NCBI GenBank assembly: GCA_044871215.1
Contig: JBIOZO010000077.1
Span: forward strand, 1 to 27,854
Length of the DNA: 27,854 bases
Direction: 5' to 3'
Origin: Gaiellaceae bacterium
Lineage (GTDB): Bacteria; Actinomycetota; Thermoleophilia; Gaiellales; Gaiellaceae
Shown: positions 1 through 8,414 of the stretch, in pieces
How the letters are laid out: each line of letters starts with the position of its first letter
How positions within the stretch are numbered: position 1 is the first letter of the stretch
Made by a program: the position numbers and the translations under genes
Notes under the pieces: model-generated
Told to the model about the DNA's origin: nothing
Seen by the model: the letters and a program-made list of their open reading frames with translations, nothing else
Database searches by the model: none

Positions 1-2121
1 GTCGTGATAGACAAGGCGACCGCGTCGAACAACGGCTTCCAGGTCGGCGATCAGATCGGCGTGCAGGCCTTCGGGCCGATCAGGAAGCTGCAGATCAGCG
101 GCATCGCCGAGTTCCCGAACGTCAGCGTCGGCGGCGCGACGTTCGCGATTCTCGACCAGCCCGCCGCCCAGCAGCTGTTCCACAAGGTCGGCCAACTCGA
201 CGGCATTCGCGTTCAGTCGAAGGCCGGGGTCAAGGAGCCCGAGCTGCTGACGCAGATCAAGCCCCTGCTGGGGCCGGCCGAGCAGGTCCGCTCCGGCACG
301 GAGCAGGCGAAGAAGGACCAGGAGTCGGCGGGCAGCTTCATCTCCTTCCTGCGCTACGCGCTACTGGCGTTCGCGGGCATCTCGCTGTTCGTCGGCGCGT
401 TCGTGATTGCGAACACGCTCTCGATCACCATCGCTCAGCGCATGCGCGAGTTCGCGACCCTGCGGACGCTCGGGGCTTCGAGGCGACAGGTGCTGTGGTC
501 GGTCGTGATCGAGGCGCTCGTGATCGGCCTCGTCGGCTCCGTGATCGGCCTCTTCCTCGGCCTCGGCCTGGCGAAGCTGCTGAACGCGCTCTTCGTCGCG
601 ATCGGCATCGACCTGCCGCACGGCTCGACGGTCTTCGCGACCCGGACGGTGATCGTCTCGCTGCTCGTCGGGACGCTGGTGACGCTGTTCGCGAGCATCC
701 GGCCCGCGCGCCGCGCGACGCGCGTCCCGCCGATCGCCGCCGTCCGCGAGGGCTCGGTCCTGCCGCCGTCGCGCTGGGCCAGGTACGGCACGATCACGTC
801 GCTGGCCGTGCTCGTGATCGCGATCGTGATGGTCTCGCTCGGCGCGCTCGCCAGCGGCCTCGCGACCGGGCCGCGACTGCTGCTTCTCGGTCTCGGCGTG
901 CTGCTGCTCTTCCTAGGGGTCTCGATGAACGCCGCGAAGGTCGTCCGCCCGCTGGCCGCCGTGCTCGGTGCGCCCGCCCGCTCGATCGGCGGGGCTCCCG
1001 GCATCCTCGCCCGCGACAACGCGACGCGGAACCCCGCCCGCACCGCCTCGACCGCTTCGGCGCTGATGATCGGCCTCGCGCTGGTCACGTTCGTGGCGAT
1101 CTTCGGCCAGGGGATCCGCAGCTCGTTCGAGGATGCGGTCAACGAGCTCTTCGTCGGCGACTACGCGCTCACCTCGTCGAACACCTTCACGCCTATCGAG
1201 GCGGAGGCCGGCAAGGCGCTCGTCGGCAAGCCGGGCGTCGAGGACGTCTCGGCGATCCGCGCTGGCTCGGCGCGGTACCTCGGCAGCAACAACGACCTCA
1301 CCGCCGTGCAGCCGAACCTGAACAAGACGCTCTTTATGAAGTGGACGCAGGGCAGCGACGCCACGCCGGGGCAGCTCGGCAACGACGGCTTCTTCGCCAG
1401 CAAGAACTACGTGAAGGACCACCATCTGAGCCTGGGCTCGCCGGTCACGCTTCAGTTCCCGAGCGGCAAGAAGACGACCGTGAAGCTGAAGGGTGTCTGG
1501 GACGAGCCCAAGGGCGGGTCGCCCTTCGCGCACATCACGATCTCGACGACGCTGTTCGACAAGTTCACCCCGCGCCCGCGCGACGAGATGGTGCTCGCGA
1601 ACACGCCGCCCGAGGGCGTCACGGACGCGAACACCGCGAAGCTCGAGTCCGCGGTGAAGGGCTTCGCCGACGCGAAAGTGCAGACGCGCGACGAGTTCAA
1701 GGCGAACTTCGAGGCGCCGATCAACAAGCTCCTCAACCTGCTCTACGCGCTCCTGGCGCTGTCGGTGATCGTCAGCCTCGTCGGGATCATCAACACGCTG
1801 GTGCTCACCGTCTTCGAGCGCACGCGCGAGCTCGGGATGCTCCGCGCCGTCGGCATGACGCGGCGGCAGGTGCGGATGATGATCCGCTACGAGAGCATCG
1901 TCACCGCGCTGATGGGCGCGGCGCTCGGGATGGTCGTCGGGGTGTTCCTCGCGGCGCTCGTCACACACGCGTTGTCGAGCTCGGGAATCGTGTTCGCGGT
2001 GCCGTGGATCGAGATCGTGTACTTCGTGATCGCAGCGATCCTCGTCGGCATCCTCGCGGCCGTGATCCCGGCCCGCCGAGCCGCTCGGCTCAACGTCCTG
2101 CAGGCACTCCAGTACGAATAA
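1..2121 (+). CDS. ABC transporter permease, FtsX/MacB-like with two permease repeats; 5'-truncated by the window edge
   Basis: Two FtsX-type TM blocks with signatures 'TIAQRMREFATLRTLGASRRQV' and 'VFERTRELGMLRAVGMTRRQV' separated by an extracytoplasmic domain. The frame is open to the window start. Confidence 0.9.
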   Translation, partial: VVIDKATASNNGFQVGDQIGVQAFGPIRKLQISGIAEFPNVSVGGATFAILDQPAAQQLFHKVGQLDGIRVQSKAGVKEPELLTQIKPLLGPAEQVRSGTEQAKKDQESAGSFISFLRYALLAFAGISLFVGAFVIANTLSITIAQRMREFATLRTLGASRRQVLWSVVIEALVIGLVGSVIGLFLGLGLAKLLNALFVAIGIDLPHGSTVFATRTVIVSLLVGTLVTLFASIRPARRATRVPPIAAVREGSVLPPSRWARYGTITSLAVLVIAIVMVSLGALASGLATGPRLLLLGLGVLLLFLGVSMNAAKVVRPLAAVLGAPARSIGGAPGILARDNATRNPARTASTASALMIGLALVTFVAIFGQGIRSSFEDAVNELFVGDYALTSSNTFTPIEAEAGKALVGKPGVEDVSAIRAGSARYLGSNNDLTAVQPNLNKTLFMKWTQGSDATPGQLGNDGFFASKNYVKDHHLSLGSPVTLQFPSGKKTTVKLKGVWDEPKGGSPFAHITISTTLFDKFTPRPRDEMVLANTPPEGVTDANTAKLESAVKGFADAKVQTRDEFKANFEAPINKLLNLLYALLALSVIVSLVGIINTLVLTVFERTRELGMLRAVGMTRRQVRMMIRYESIVTALMGAALGMVVGVFLAALVTHALSSSGIVFAVPWIEIVYFVIAAILVGILAAVIPARRAARLNVLQALQYE

Positions 2122-2145
2122 GGCGCCGCTTGCGCTGCCGCTTCA

Positions 2146-2172
2146 GGTCGCCCGGAGGTTCTCCGGGCGACC
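2146..2172 (+). terminator. Hairpin after the permease, probable U-tract-less terminator
   Basis: Perfect 12-bp inverted repeat GGTCGCCCGGAG-gtt-CTCCGGGCGACC, 24 nt after the stop codon. Confidence 0.6.
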
Positions 2173-2244
2173 GTCGGAAATGACCGGTCGGGCGCTCTGG
2201 GAATCAGCCGGCGCAATAAAGGCGGCGTCGTCCGGAGGCCTGCA

Positions 2245-2250
2245 TAGGCT
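2245..2250 (+). promoter_or_regulatory. -10 box for a leaderless transcript
   Basis: TAGGCT (TANNNT) lies 6 nt before the GTG at 2257. Confidence 0.5.
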
Positions 2251-2256
2251 CCGGCC

Positions 2257-2445
2257 GTGCGCCGGCTGCGACCGCTCAGCGAGAAAGAGTGCTACCTCCG
2301 CTGCTACGGCGTGGACGAGACGACGGTGCGGGTCGTCCGGATCGAGCCGCGGGCGGCGGCTCCACGCTTTCGGGTGACCGGTGAGGAGCTGCGACGCCTG
2401 TTCGAGGTTCGGCTCGACGCCCGCGAGGCGGAGCTCGCCGCGTGA
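2257..2445 (+). CDS. Small hypothetical protein, 62 aa, with a CxxxC motif
   Basis: MRRLRPLSEKECYLRCYG...; high GC3 codon use, a leaderless -10 directly upstream, and it fills an otherwise empty intergenic gap. Confidence 0.65.
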   Translation: MRRLRPLSEKECYLRCYGVDETTVRVVRIEPRAAAPRFRVTGEELRRLFEVRLDAREAELAA

Positions 2446-2514
2446 AGACCTGCGCCCGTTGGAGCCGCACGCGCCGGGTGATCGGCATGCGCGTCGTGCC
2501 GCGGCCGTCCGCAC

Positions 2515-3087
2515 ATGAGCGGCCTTGCTCGCCGCGGCGACGCTCCGCGGCCCGCTGCCGCTAGCGCCGTTCCGGACGTCCTCGGGCCGGACCTAAGCGT
2601 CGTCTTTTGTGGGATCAATCCCGGCTTCGTCTCCGACGCTGCGAGGGCGCACTTCGCGAATTCGCGCAACGACTTCTGGCGCCTCCTGCACGCGGCCGGA
2701 TTCACTTCGCGGCTGTACGAGCCGGCGGAGCAGTTCGAGGTTCTGCGCGAGGGCATCGGCCTGACGAACGCCGCGCCGCGAACGACACGCGGCTCCGGCG
2801 ACCTGCGGCGGGCCGACTTCGCCGGCGCGGCCGAGCGGCTCGAACAGGTCGCGCTCGAGCTGCGGCCCGGCTGGATCGGGTTCGTCGGCAAAGAGGCGTA
2901 TCGGGGCGCGTTCAACGAGCGGCCGGAGCTCGGACCGCAGGAACGCGTGCTCGGCCGGACGCGGCTCTTCGTGCTGCCGTCAACTTCACCCGCGAACGCC
3001 GCCGTACCGTGGGATGAGCGGCTGCGCTGGTTCCGAGAGTTGCGCGAAAAGGTCAAAAGTCGGCGCCGAACCACGCGCAAGCCCTAG
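2515..3087 (+). CDS. mug: Mismatch-specific uracil/thymine DNA glycosylase (MUG/TDG family); start uncertain
   Basis: Motifs VFCGINPG, 'NDFWRLL', GLTN and LPSTSPAN are typical of UDG family 2. Confidence 0.9.
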   Translation: MSGLARRGDAPRPAAASAVPDVLGPDLSVVFCGINPGFVSDAARAHFANSRNDFWRLLHAAGFTSRLYEPAEQFEVLREGIGLTNAAPRTTRGSGDLRRADFAGAAERLEQVALELRPGWIGFVGKEAYRGAFNERPELGPQERVLGRTRLFVLPSTSPANAAVPWDERLRWFRELREKVKSRRRTTRKP

Positions 3088-3167
3088 CGACCACGCACGG
3101 CCGCGTGGCACGCTGACCGCGAGGGTGGTGGGTGGAAACCCCACCCGAATAGGGTGGGGGTGTGGGT

Positions 3168-3200
3168 GGCGGCCGGCGCGCGAGAGCGCGGCCGGCCGCC
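3168..3200. terminator. GC-rich hairpin between convergent genes
   Basis: GGCGGCCGGC-GCGC-gaga-GCGC-g-GCCGGCCGCC: 10+4 bp with a GAGA tetraloop on +, ending 6 nt beyond the stop of the minus-strand gene. Confidence 0.5.
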
Positions 3201-3206
3201 GAGCGA

Positions 3207-3653
3207 TCAGTCGCCAACGCCGACCGCGGTGAGGAAGACGAGCACGAGCGTCGTCACCGCGAGCAAGCCGTGCAACGCCACGATCGGCACCGGGAAGTGC
3301 TGCTCCGGAGGCGTCTCCGAGGAGCCGGGCTCGCCGGTGACACCGGTCGCGGCGGCTGGGCCGCGCTGACGCCGCTGGTACCAGATGGCGAACATCGTCC
3401 AGCCGAGGGCCGCGACGATCGCCAGCAGCACGAACGCGACCCACGCGAGCGAGTCACTGTCGTTCGCGACGTAGATGATCCAGATCACGAGCCCGGTCGC
3501 GGCGAGCAGGAAGTGCCCGAGGATCAGCGGCGGGCGGATTCTCGACCCGCCTTCTCGACCCTGGCGCATTCCGCCTCGCGACAGCCAGATCGCGAGCAAC
3601 ACGAACCCGCCGCCCGCGGTCGCGATCCAGGCGATCAGTGCAGCCCATTCCAT
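3207..3653 (-). CDS. Hypothetical 4-TM membrane protein, 148 aa, with an internal duplication
   Basis: MEWAALIAWIATAGGG...; SD AAGGAGG 7 nt before the ATG at 3653; four hydrophobic segments. The listed 458-aa ORF extension is a shadow of nadE. Confidence 0.85.
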   Translation of the reverse strand: MEWAALIAWIATAGGGFVLLAIWLSRGGMRQGREGGSRIRPPLILGHFLLAATGLVIWIIYVANDSDSLAWVAFVLLAIVAALGWTMFAIWYQRRQRGPAAATGVTGEPGSSETPPEQHFPVPIVALHGLLAVTTLVLVFLTAVGVGD

Positions 3654-3837
3654 TCCCTCGCCTCCTTGTGGGGTTAGCGCAGCGGAGTACGAATCGTGCG
3701 TGAACTCGGTTTGTCCGCCAGGCAGACGCTTAATCGCACCGGTCACTTCGGGGGATTGGCAGGACGTTCCGGCGGAGGCGTGCGTCGCCCGCCCGAGCTT
3801 CGCATGCGCGGCACGCGCGTCATCTTGACGATGGGGA

Positions 3838-3892
3838 CACGGGGGAAAGCGGGTTTCCCCCGTGAAGCGAGCCCGCGCAAGCGGGCGAAGCG
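3838..3892. repeat. Tandem hairpins directly after the nadE stop; terminator or REP-like element
   Basis: CACGGGGGAAA-gcggg-TTTCCCCCGTG (11 bp, perfect) followed by GCCCGC-gcaa-GCGGGC (GNRA loop on +). Confidence 0.5.
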
Positions 3893-5608
3893 TCAGCCGC
3901 GCCAGTGATTGGTGATCGGCGTGCGCCGGTCGCGCCCGAAGGCCTTGGGTGTCAGCCGCACGCCGGGAGGCGCCTGGCGCCGCTTGTACTCGGCCCTGTC
4001 GATCAGCGCGAGGGCGCGCTCGACGACGTCGGGCTCGAACCCGTCCTGTGAAAGCTCCTCGCGCGATCGGTCCTGCTCGACGTACGCCTCGAGCACGCGG
4101 TCGAGCGCCGGGTAGGGCGGCAGAGAGTCCTCGTCGAGCTGGTCGTCGCGCAGCTCCGCACTCGGTGCGCGCTCGATGATCGTCGCCGGGATCAGCTCCC
4201 TGTCCGCGCGGTCGTTCAGGTACCTCGCGAGCTTGAAGACGTCCGTCTTGAAGACGTCCTTCAGCAACGCGAAGCCGCCTGCCATATCGCCGTACAGGGT
4301 CGCGTACCCGACCGAAAGCTCGGACTTGTTCCCAGTCGCGACGACGAGCCAGCCGAACTTGTTCGACAGGGCCATCAGCAGCACGCCGCGGATCCGCGCC
4401 TGCAGGTTCTCCTCGGTGAGATCGGGCTCTCGCTCCGCGAAGCTCTCGGCGAGCGTCGAGTCGAAGGCGTCGACGAGGGCTCCGATGGGTAGCTCGCGGA
4501 AGTCGGTGCCGAGGTTCTCGGCCAGCCGCCTTGCGTCCGCGCGGGTCTGCTCCGACGAGTAGCGCGACGGCATCGAGATGCAATGCACGCGCTCGGCGCC
4601 GAGCGCGTCGACCGCGAGCGCCGCGGTCAGGGCGGAGTCGATCCCGCCGGAGAGGCCGAGCACCACCTCCTCGAAGCCGTTCTTGCCGACGTAGTCGCGC
4701 AGGCCCAGCGCGAGGGCCAGGCGCATCTGCTCGAGGTCGTTCAGCGGATCCGCCAGGAAGGGCTCGATGCGATCGGCCTGGCCATGACAGTCGCCGAGCG
4801 CGACGACCGGCACGTCGGGCGCCGTGCCGCGCTCACGCGCGAGCGCGCGCCTGCGGACGTCGCGCAGCCGGCGGCCGACCGCGTCCGCGGGGTCGATGTC
4901 GACCACCAGCAGCGCCTCCTCGAAGCCCGGCGCACGGGCGAGCACGTGCCCTTCCTCGTCGAGCACCAGGGAATGCCCGTCGAAGATCAGCTCGTCCTGG
5001 CCGCCGACGGCGTTGCAGAAGGCGACGAAGCAGGCGTTGTCGCGTGCGCGTGTGGCGAACATCTCCTCGCGCTCCCGATCGCGGCCGACGTGGAACGGAG
5101 ATGCCGAGATGTTGGTCAGCAGCTGCGCTCCCGCCAGGGCGAGGTCGGTCGCCGGCGGCCCCGGCTGCCACATGTCCTCGCAGATGGTCGGGCCGACGAG
5201 CGTGCCGCCGAGCTCCAGTAGCAGGAGGTCGCGCGCGGGCGCGAAGTAGCGGTCCTCGTCGAAGACCCCGTAGTTCGGCAGGAAGCGCTTGCGGTAGACC
5301 GCCTGTACCTCGCCCTCGCTGCAGACCGCGCACGCGTTGAAGAGGTCGCGGTCGAAGTGGGGGTAGCCGACCAAGGCAACGAGGCCTCGCGTCTGCGCGG
5401 CGATCTCCTGCACCGACTCCTCGGCAGCGCGGATGAAGCCGGGCCGCAAGAGCAGATCCTCGGGCGGATAGGCCGTCACCGCGAGCTCCGGGAGCAGGAC
5501 GAGGTCGGCTCCTGCGCCGCGGGCTTCGTCGATCGCCTGGAGGATGCGGTCGCGGTTGCGGTCCAGGTCGCCGACCGTGGTGTTGATCTGGGCCAGGGCG
5601 AGTCGCAT
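3893..5608 (-). CDS. nadE: Glutamine-dependent NAD+ synthetase
   Basis: N-terminal nitrilase-fold glutaminase (LPELA, YRKRFLPNY, ICEDMW triad) plus a synthetase domain with GLSGGIDS, ENLQARIR and TGNKSE...GYATLYGD. Confidence 0.97.
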   Translation of the reverse strand: MRLALAQINTTVGDLDRNRDRILQAIDEARGAGADLVLLPELAVTAYPPEDLLLRPGFIRAAEESVQEIAAQTRGLVALVGYPHFDRDLFNACAVCSEGEVQAVYRKRFLPNYGVFDEDRYFAPARDLLLLELGGTLVGPTICEDMWQPGPPATDLALAGAQLLTNISASPFHVGRDREREEMFATRARDNACFVAFCNAVGGQDELIFDGHSLVLDEEGHVLARAPGFEEALLVVDIDPADAVGRRLRDVRRRALARERGTAPDVPVVALGDCHGQADRIEPFLADPLNDLEQMRLALALGLRDYVGKNGFEEVVLGLSGGIDSALTAALAVDALGAERVHCISMPSRYSSEQTRADARRLAENLGTDFRELPIGALVDAFDSTLAESFAEREPDLTEENLQARIRGVLLMALSNKFGWLVVATGNKSELSVGYATLYGDMAGGFALLKDVFKTDVFKLARYLNDRADRELIPATIIERAPSAELRDDQLDEDSLPPYPALDRVLEAYVEQDRSREELSQDGFEPDVVERALALIDRAEYKRRQAPPGVRLTPKAFGRDRRTPITNHWRG

Positions 5609-5638
5609 GAGGTTTTAGACTATCAGTCGAAAACCGCC

Positions 5639-6415
5639 TCAGCGGCGCAGGCGGATGGCGTTCAGGTCGTTCTCGCGGATCTCGTCCGCGCGCCGGATCA
5701 GATCCTCGACGTCGTCGTGCTCGGCGTGGATGTAGCGCCCTGCGAGCGCGTCGGCGCGGCCGGAGGCGAGCACGCGCACCAGCCGCGGCGCGAGCTCCGG
5801 CGGCGTCCACGGTGCGTCGTCGTCGAAGCTGTCCTCCGTCATCTCGGTCCGCACGAGGCCCGGGCTGATGACGAAGACCCGCACCGGCGTCTCCGCAAGC
5901 TCGTTCGCGAGCGTCTCGGCCAGGCGGTTCGCCGCAGCCTTGCTCGACGTGTAGCCGGTGTTGCTGGCACCCGGCAGGTAGCCGGCGCCGCTGCCGGTGA
6001 CGACGATGCGACCGCCGCCGCGCTCCAGCATCTTCGGGATCACAGCGCGAGCGGAGAGGTAGACCCCGAGCACGTTCACCTCGTGCGTCCGCCACCACCG
6101 CTGCGGGTCACTGTCGGCGAGCCTGTCGTCGCCGCTCCCGATGCCCGCGTTCGCTGCCAGCAGGTCGATCGACCCGAGCTCGCGCTCCGTCTCCTCGATC
6201 GCTCGCGCGACCGACGCCTGGTCGGTGACGTCGAGCTCGAGGGCCAAGCCGCCGATCTCCGCCGCGACCTGCTCGACCTGCTCTTTCGTGCGTGCGGCGA
6301 CCGCCACCCTGGCGCCGGCGTCGGCGAGCTCGCGCGCGATTCCGGCGCCGATCCCCCGGCCTCCTCCGGTGACGAGTGCGACGTGTCTGTCAAGGCGGTC
6401 AGCGGGCTGCGACAT
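5639..6415 (-). CDS. SDR-family oxidoreductase, 258 aa
   Basis: TGGGRGIG Rossmann motif, ANAG, catalytic YTSSK (YxxxK) and ISPG. ATG at 6415 with GGAGG upstream, overlapping the acyl-CoA synthetase stop. Confidence 0.93.
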   Translation of the reverse strand: MSQPADRLDRHVALVTGGGRGIGAGIARELADAGARVAVAARTKEQVEQVAAEIGGLALELDVTDQASVARAIEETERELGSIDLLAANAGIGSGDDRLADSDPQRWWRTHEVNVLGVYLSARAVIPKMLERGGGRIVVTGSGAGYLPGASNTGYTSSKAAANRLAETLANELAETPVRVFVISPGLVRTEMTEDSFDDDAPWTPPELAPRLVRVLASGRADALAGRYIHAEHDDVEDLIRRADEIRENDLNAIRLRR

Positions 6416-8336
6416 CGGCGATCTCCTCCAGTGTCTCGGGGTTCTCGAGGGACGAAAGGTCGCCGGCGTCAGACCCGAGCGCCTTGGCGCGAACGGCGCG
6501 CCGGACGATCTTCGCGCTGCGGGTCTTGGGCAGCGCCGAGACGAACAGCACCCGCTCCGGGGCGAACGCCTTGCCGAGTGCATCGGCCGCGCAGCCCCGC
6601 AGCTCCGCCGCGAGCTCCTCGCTCGGCTCGACGCCCGGGACGAGCGCGCAGAAGACCCACGCCACCTCGCCCTTGACCTCGTGCGGGACGCCGACCGCCG
6701 CGGCCTCCGCCACCGAGGGGTGCGCGACCAGCGCCGACTCGAGCTCCGCCGGGCCGAGCCGCTTGCCGGCGATGTTGAGCGTGTCGTCCGAGCGACCGTG
6801 CAGGAACCAGTAGCCGTCCTCGTCGACCGAGGCCCAGTCGCCGTGCACCCAGATTCCGGGCAGCCGCCGCCAGTAGCTGTCGAGGTAGCGCTCGGGATCG
6901 CGCCAGAAGCCGCGCGTCATCCCGGGAAACGGCTTGCGGCAGACGAGCTCGCCCACCTCGCCGCGCACCGAGCGGCCCTCGGCGTCGACGACGTCCATCG
7001 CCATCCCGAGCGCGGGGCCGCCGAGCGAGCACGCCTTGATCGGCGCCGCGGGCGTGGGCGACAGGAAGCACGCGCCGACCTCGGTCCCGCCCGAGCAGTT
7101 GATGATCGGGCAGCGCGAGCCGCCGACGTGCTCGAACAGCCAGCGGTAGGGCTCGGGGTTCCACGGCTCGCCGGTGGTGACCAGCACGCGCAACGAGGAG
7201 AGGTCGTGCCGCTCGACGAGCTCGGCACCGTGCGGGATGAGCGCCCGCACGAGCGTGGGCGAGAGGCCGAGGATCGAGACGCGCTCCTGCTCGACGAGCC
7301 CCCAGAGCCGGTCGGCGGCGGGCCAGTCGGGCGCGCCCTCGGCGAAGACGACCGTGCAGCCGAGCGCCATCCCGCCGACCACCTCCCACGGGCCCATGAT
7401 CCAGCCCATGTCGGTGACGAAGTGGATCACGTCGCCGGGGCTCGCATCCGCCTGGTAGGCGACCTCGCGGGTGATCGAGACGAGGAAGCCGCCCTGGACG
7501 TGGAGGACGCCCTTCGGCGGGCCGGTCGTGCCCGACGTGTAGGTGAGCAGGTACGGATGCTCGGAGTCGACCTCGAGTGGCTCGAGGTCGCCGGGCGACT
7601 CGGCGACGGCCTCGTCCCAGAAGACGTCGCGGCCCTTTTGCATCGGCACCTCGCCGCCGAGGCGCCGCCAGACGACGACGTGCTCGACCGACGGTGAGTC
7701 CTCGAGCGCCTCGTCGACGAGCGCCTTCATCGGCACCTCTCGCCCCCGGCGCAGCGAGCCGTCGGCGGTGATCACGACCTTGGCTTCGCCATGCTGGAGC
7801 CTCGCGGCGACCGCAGGCGCCGCGAAGCCCGAGAAGACGGGCACCTGGATCGCGCCTAGGTGGGCGCACGCGTGCGACGCGATCGCGACCTCGGGCGACA
7901 TCGGCAGGAAGATCGCGACCCGGTCGCCCGCCTCGACTCCGAGCCGCGCGAGTGCCTCCGCCAGCCGCGTCACTTCCGCCGAGAGCTCGCGGTACGAGAC
8001 CGAGCGGCGCTGCCCGTCCTCGCTCTGCCAGACCGCCGCCGGCTCGTCGGCCCGCTCGCCGCGCGCCCAGCGGTGGACGCAGTTCCAGGCGAGGTTGAGC
8101 CGCCCGCCCACGAACCACGTTGCCCACTCAGGCCCGCGCGCCTCGTCGACGACGGCGTCCCACGGGTGCGAGAATTCGAGGCCCATGTCCTCAATCGCCG
8201 CGGGCCAGAAGCGCTCCGGCTCCTCGGCGGAGAAGCGCACGAGGGCGGCGTAGTCGTCGAAGCCGAGCTTGCGCGCGAGCCGCATCGCGTTCGTGCGCTC
8301 GCGCGCTTCCTCGTCCGGGCGCCAGACCACTTCCAC
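6399..8336 (-). CDS. Acetyl/acyl-CoA synthetase (AMP-forming)
   Basis: YTSGTTGPPKG P-loop, TTGEP, GRSDD and LPKTRSAKIVRR with the conserved C-terminal Lys. Confidence 0.95.
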   Translation of the reverse strand: MEVVWRPDEEARERTNAMRLARKLGFDDYAALVRFSAEEPERFWPAAIEDMGLEFSHPWDAVVDEARGPEWATWFVGGRLNLAWNCVHRWARGERADEPAAVWQSEDGQRRSVSYRELSAEVTRLAEALARLGVEAGDRVAIFLPMSPEVAIASHACAHLGAIQVPVFSGFAAPAVAARLQHGEAKVVITADGSLRRGREVPMKALVDEALEDSPSVEHVVVWRRLGGEVPMQKGRDVFWDEAVAESPGDLEPLEVDSEHPYLLTYTSGTTGPPKGVLHVQGGFLVSITREVAYQADASPGDVIHFVTDMGWIMGPWEVVGGMALGCTVVFAEGAPDWPAADRLWGLVEQERVSILGLSPTLVRALIPHGAELVERHDLSSLRVLVTTGEPWNPEPYRWLFEHVGGSRCPIINCSGGTEVGACFLSPTPAAPIKACSLGGPALGMAMDVVDAEGRSVRGEVGELVCRKPFPGMTRGFWRDPERYLDSYWRRLPGIWVHGDWASVDEDGYWFLHGRSDDTLNIAGKRLGPAELESALVAHPSVAEAAAVGVPHEVKGEVAWVFCALVPGVEPSEELAAELRGCAADALGKAFAPERVLFVSALPKTRSAKIVRRAVRAKALGSDAGDLSSLENPETLEEIADVAAR

Positions 8337-8342
8337 GAGCGC

Positions 8343-8348
8343 AGCGTA
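8343..8348 (-). promoter_or_regulatory. -10 box for the leaderless acyl-CoA synthetase transcript
   Basis: TACGCT on the minus strand, 6 nt before the GTG at 8336. Confidence 0.55.
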
Positions 8349-8351
8349 ACT

Positions 8352-8380
8352 TTGACGGTTTGGCTAGTGACCGCTAACCT
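8352..8380 (+). promoter_or_regulatory. Housekeeping-sigma promoter for the MFS-tetR operon
   Basis: TTGACG (8352-8357), 17-nt spacer, TAACCT (8375-8380). Confidence 0.7.
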
Positions 8381-8393
8381 AGTGCGGGCTAAC
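8364..8393. promoter_or_regulatory. Tandem 15-bp repeats, candidate TetR operators
   Basis: CTAGTGaccGCTAAC directly followed by CTAGTGcggGCTAAC (12/15 identical). Each contains TAG-N6-CTA, and together they span the -10. Confidence 0.55.
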
Positions 8394-8414
8394 TTTCGAG
8401 ACGCAGGAGGGCAC

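Noticed and set aside
7860-8414. Long N-terminal extensions of the MFS, TetR, SDR and membrane-protein ORFs in the track
   Set aside because: They overlap genes on the other strand or frame. The real starts are supported by SD sequences or stop-start overlaps.
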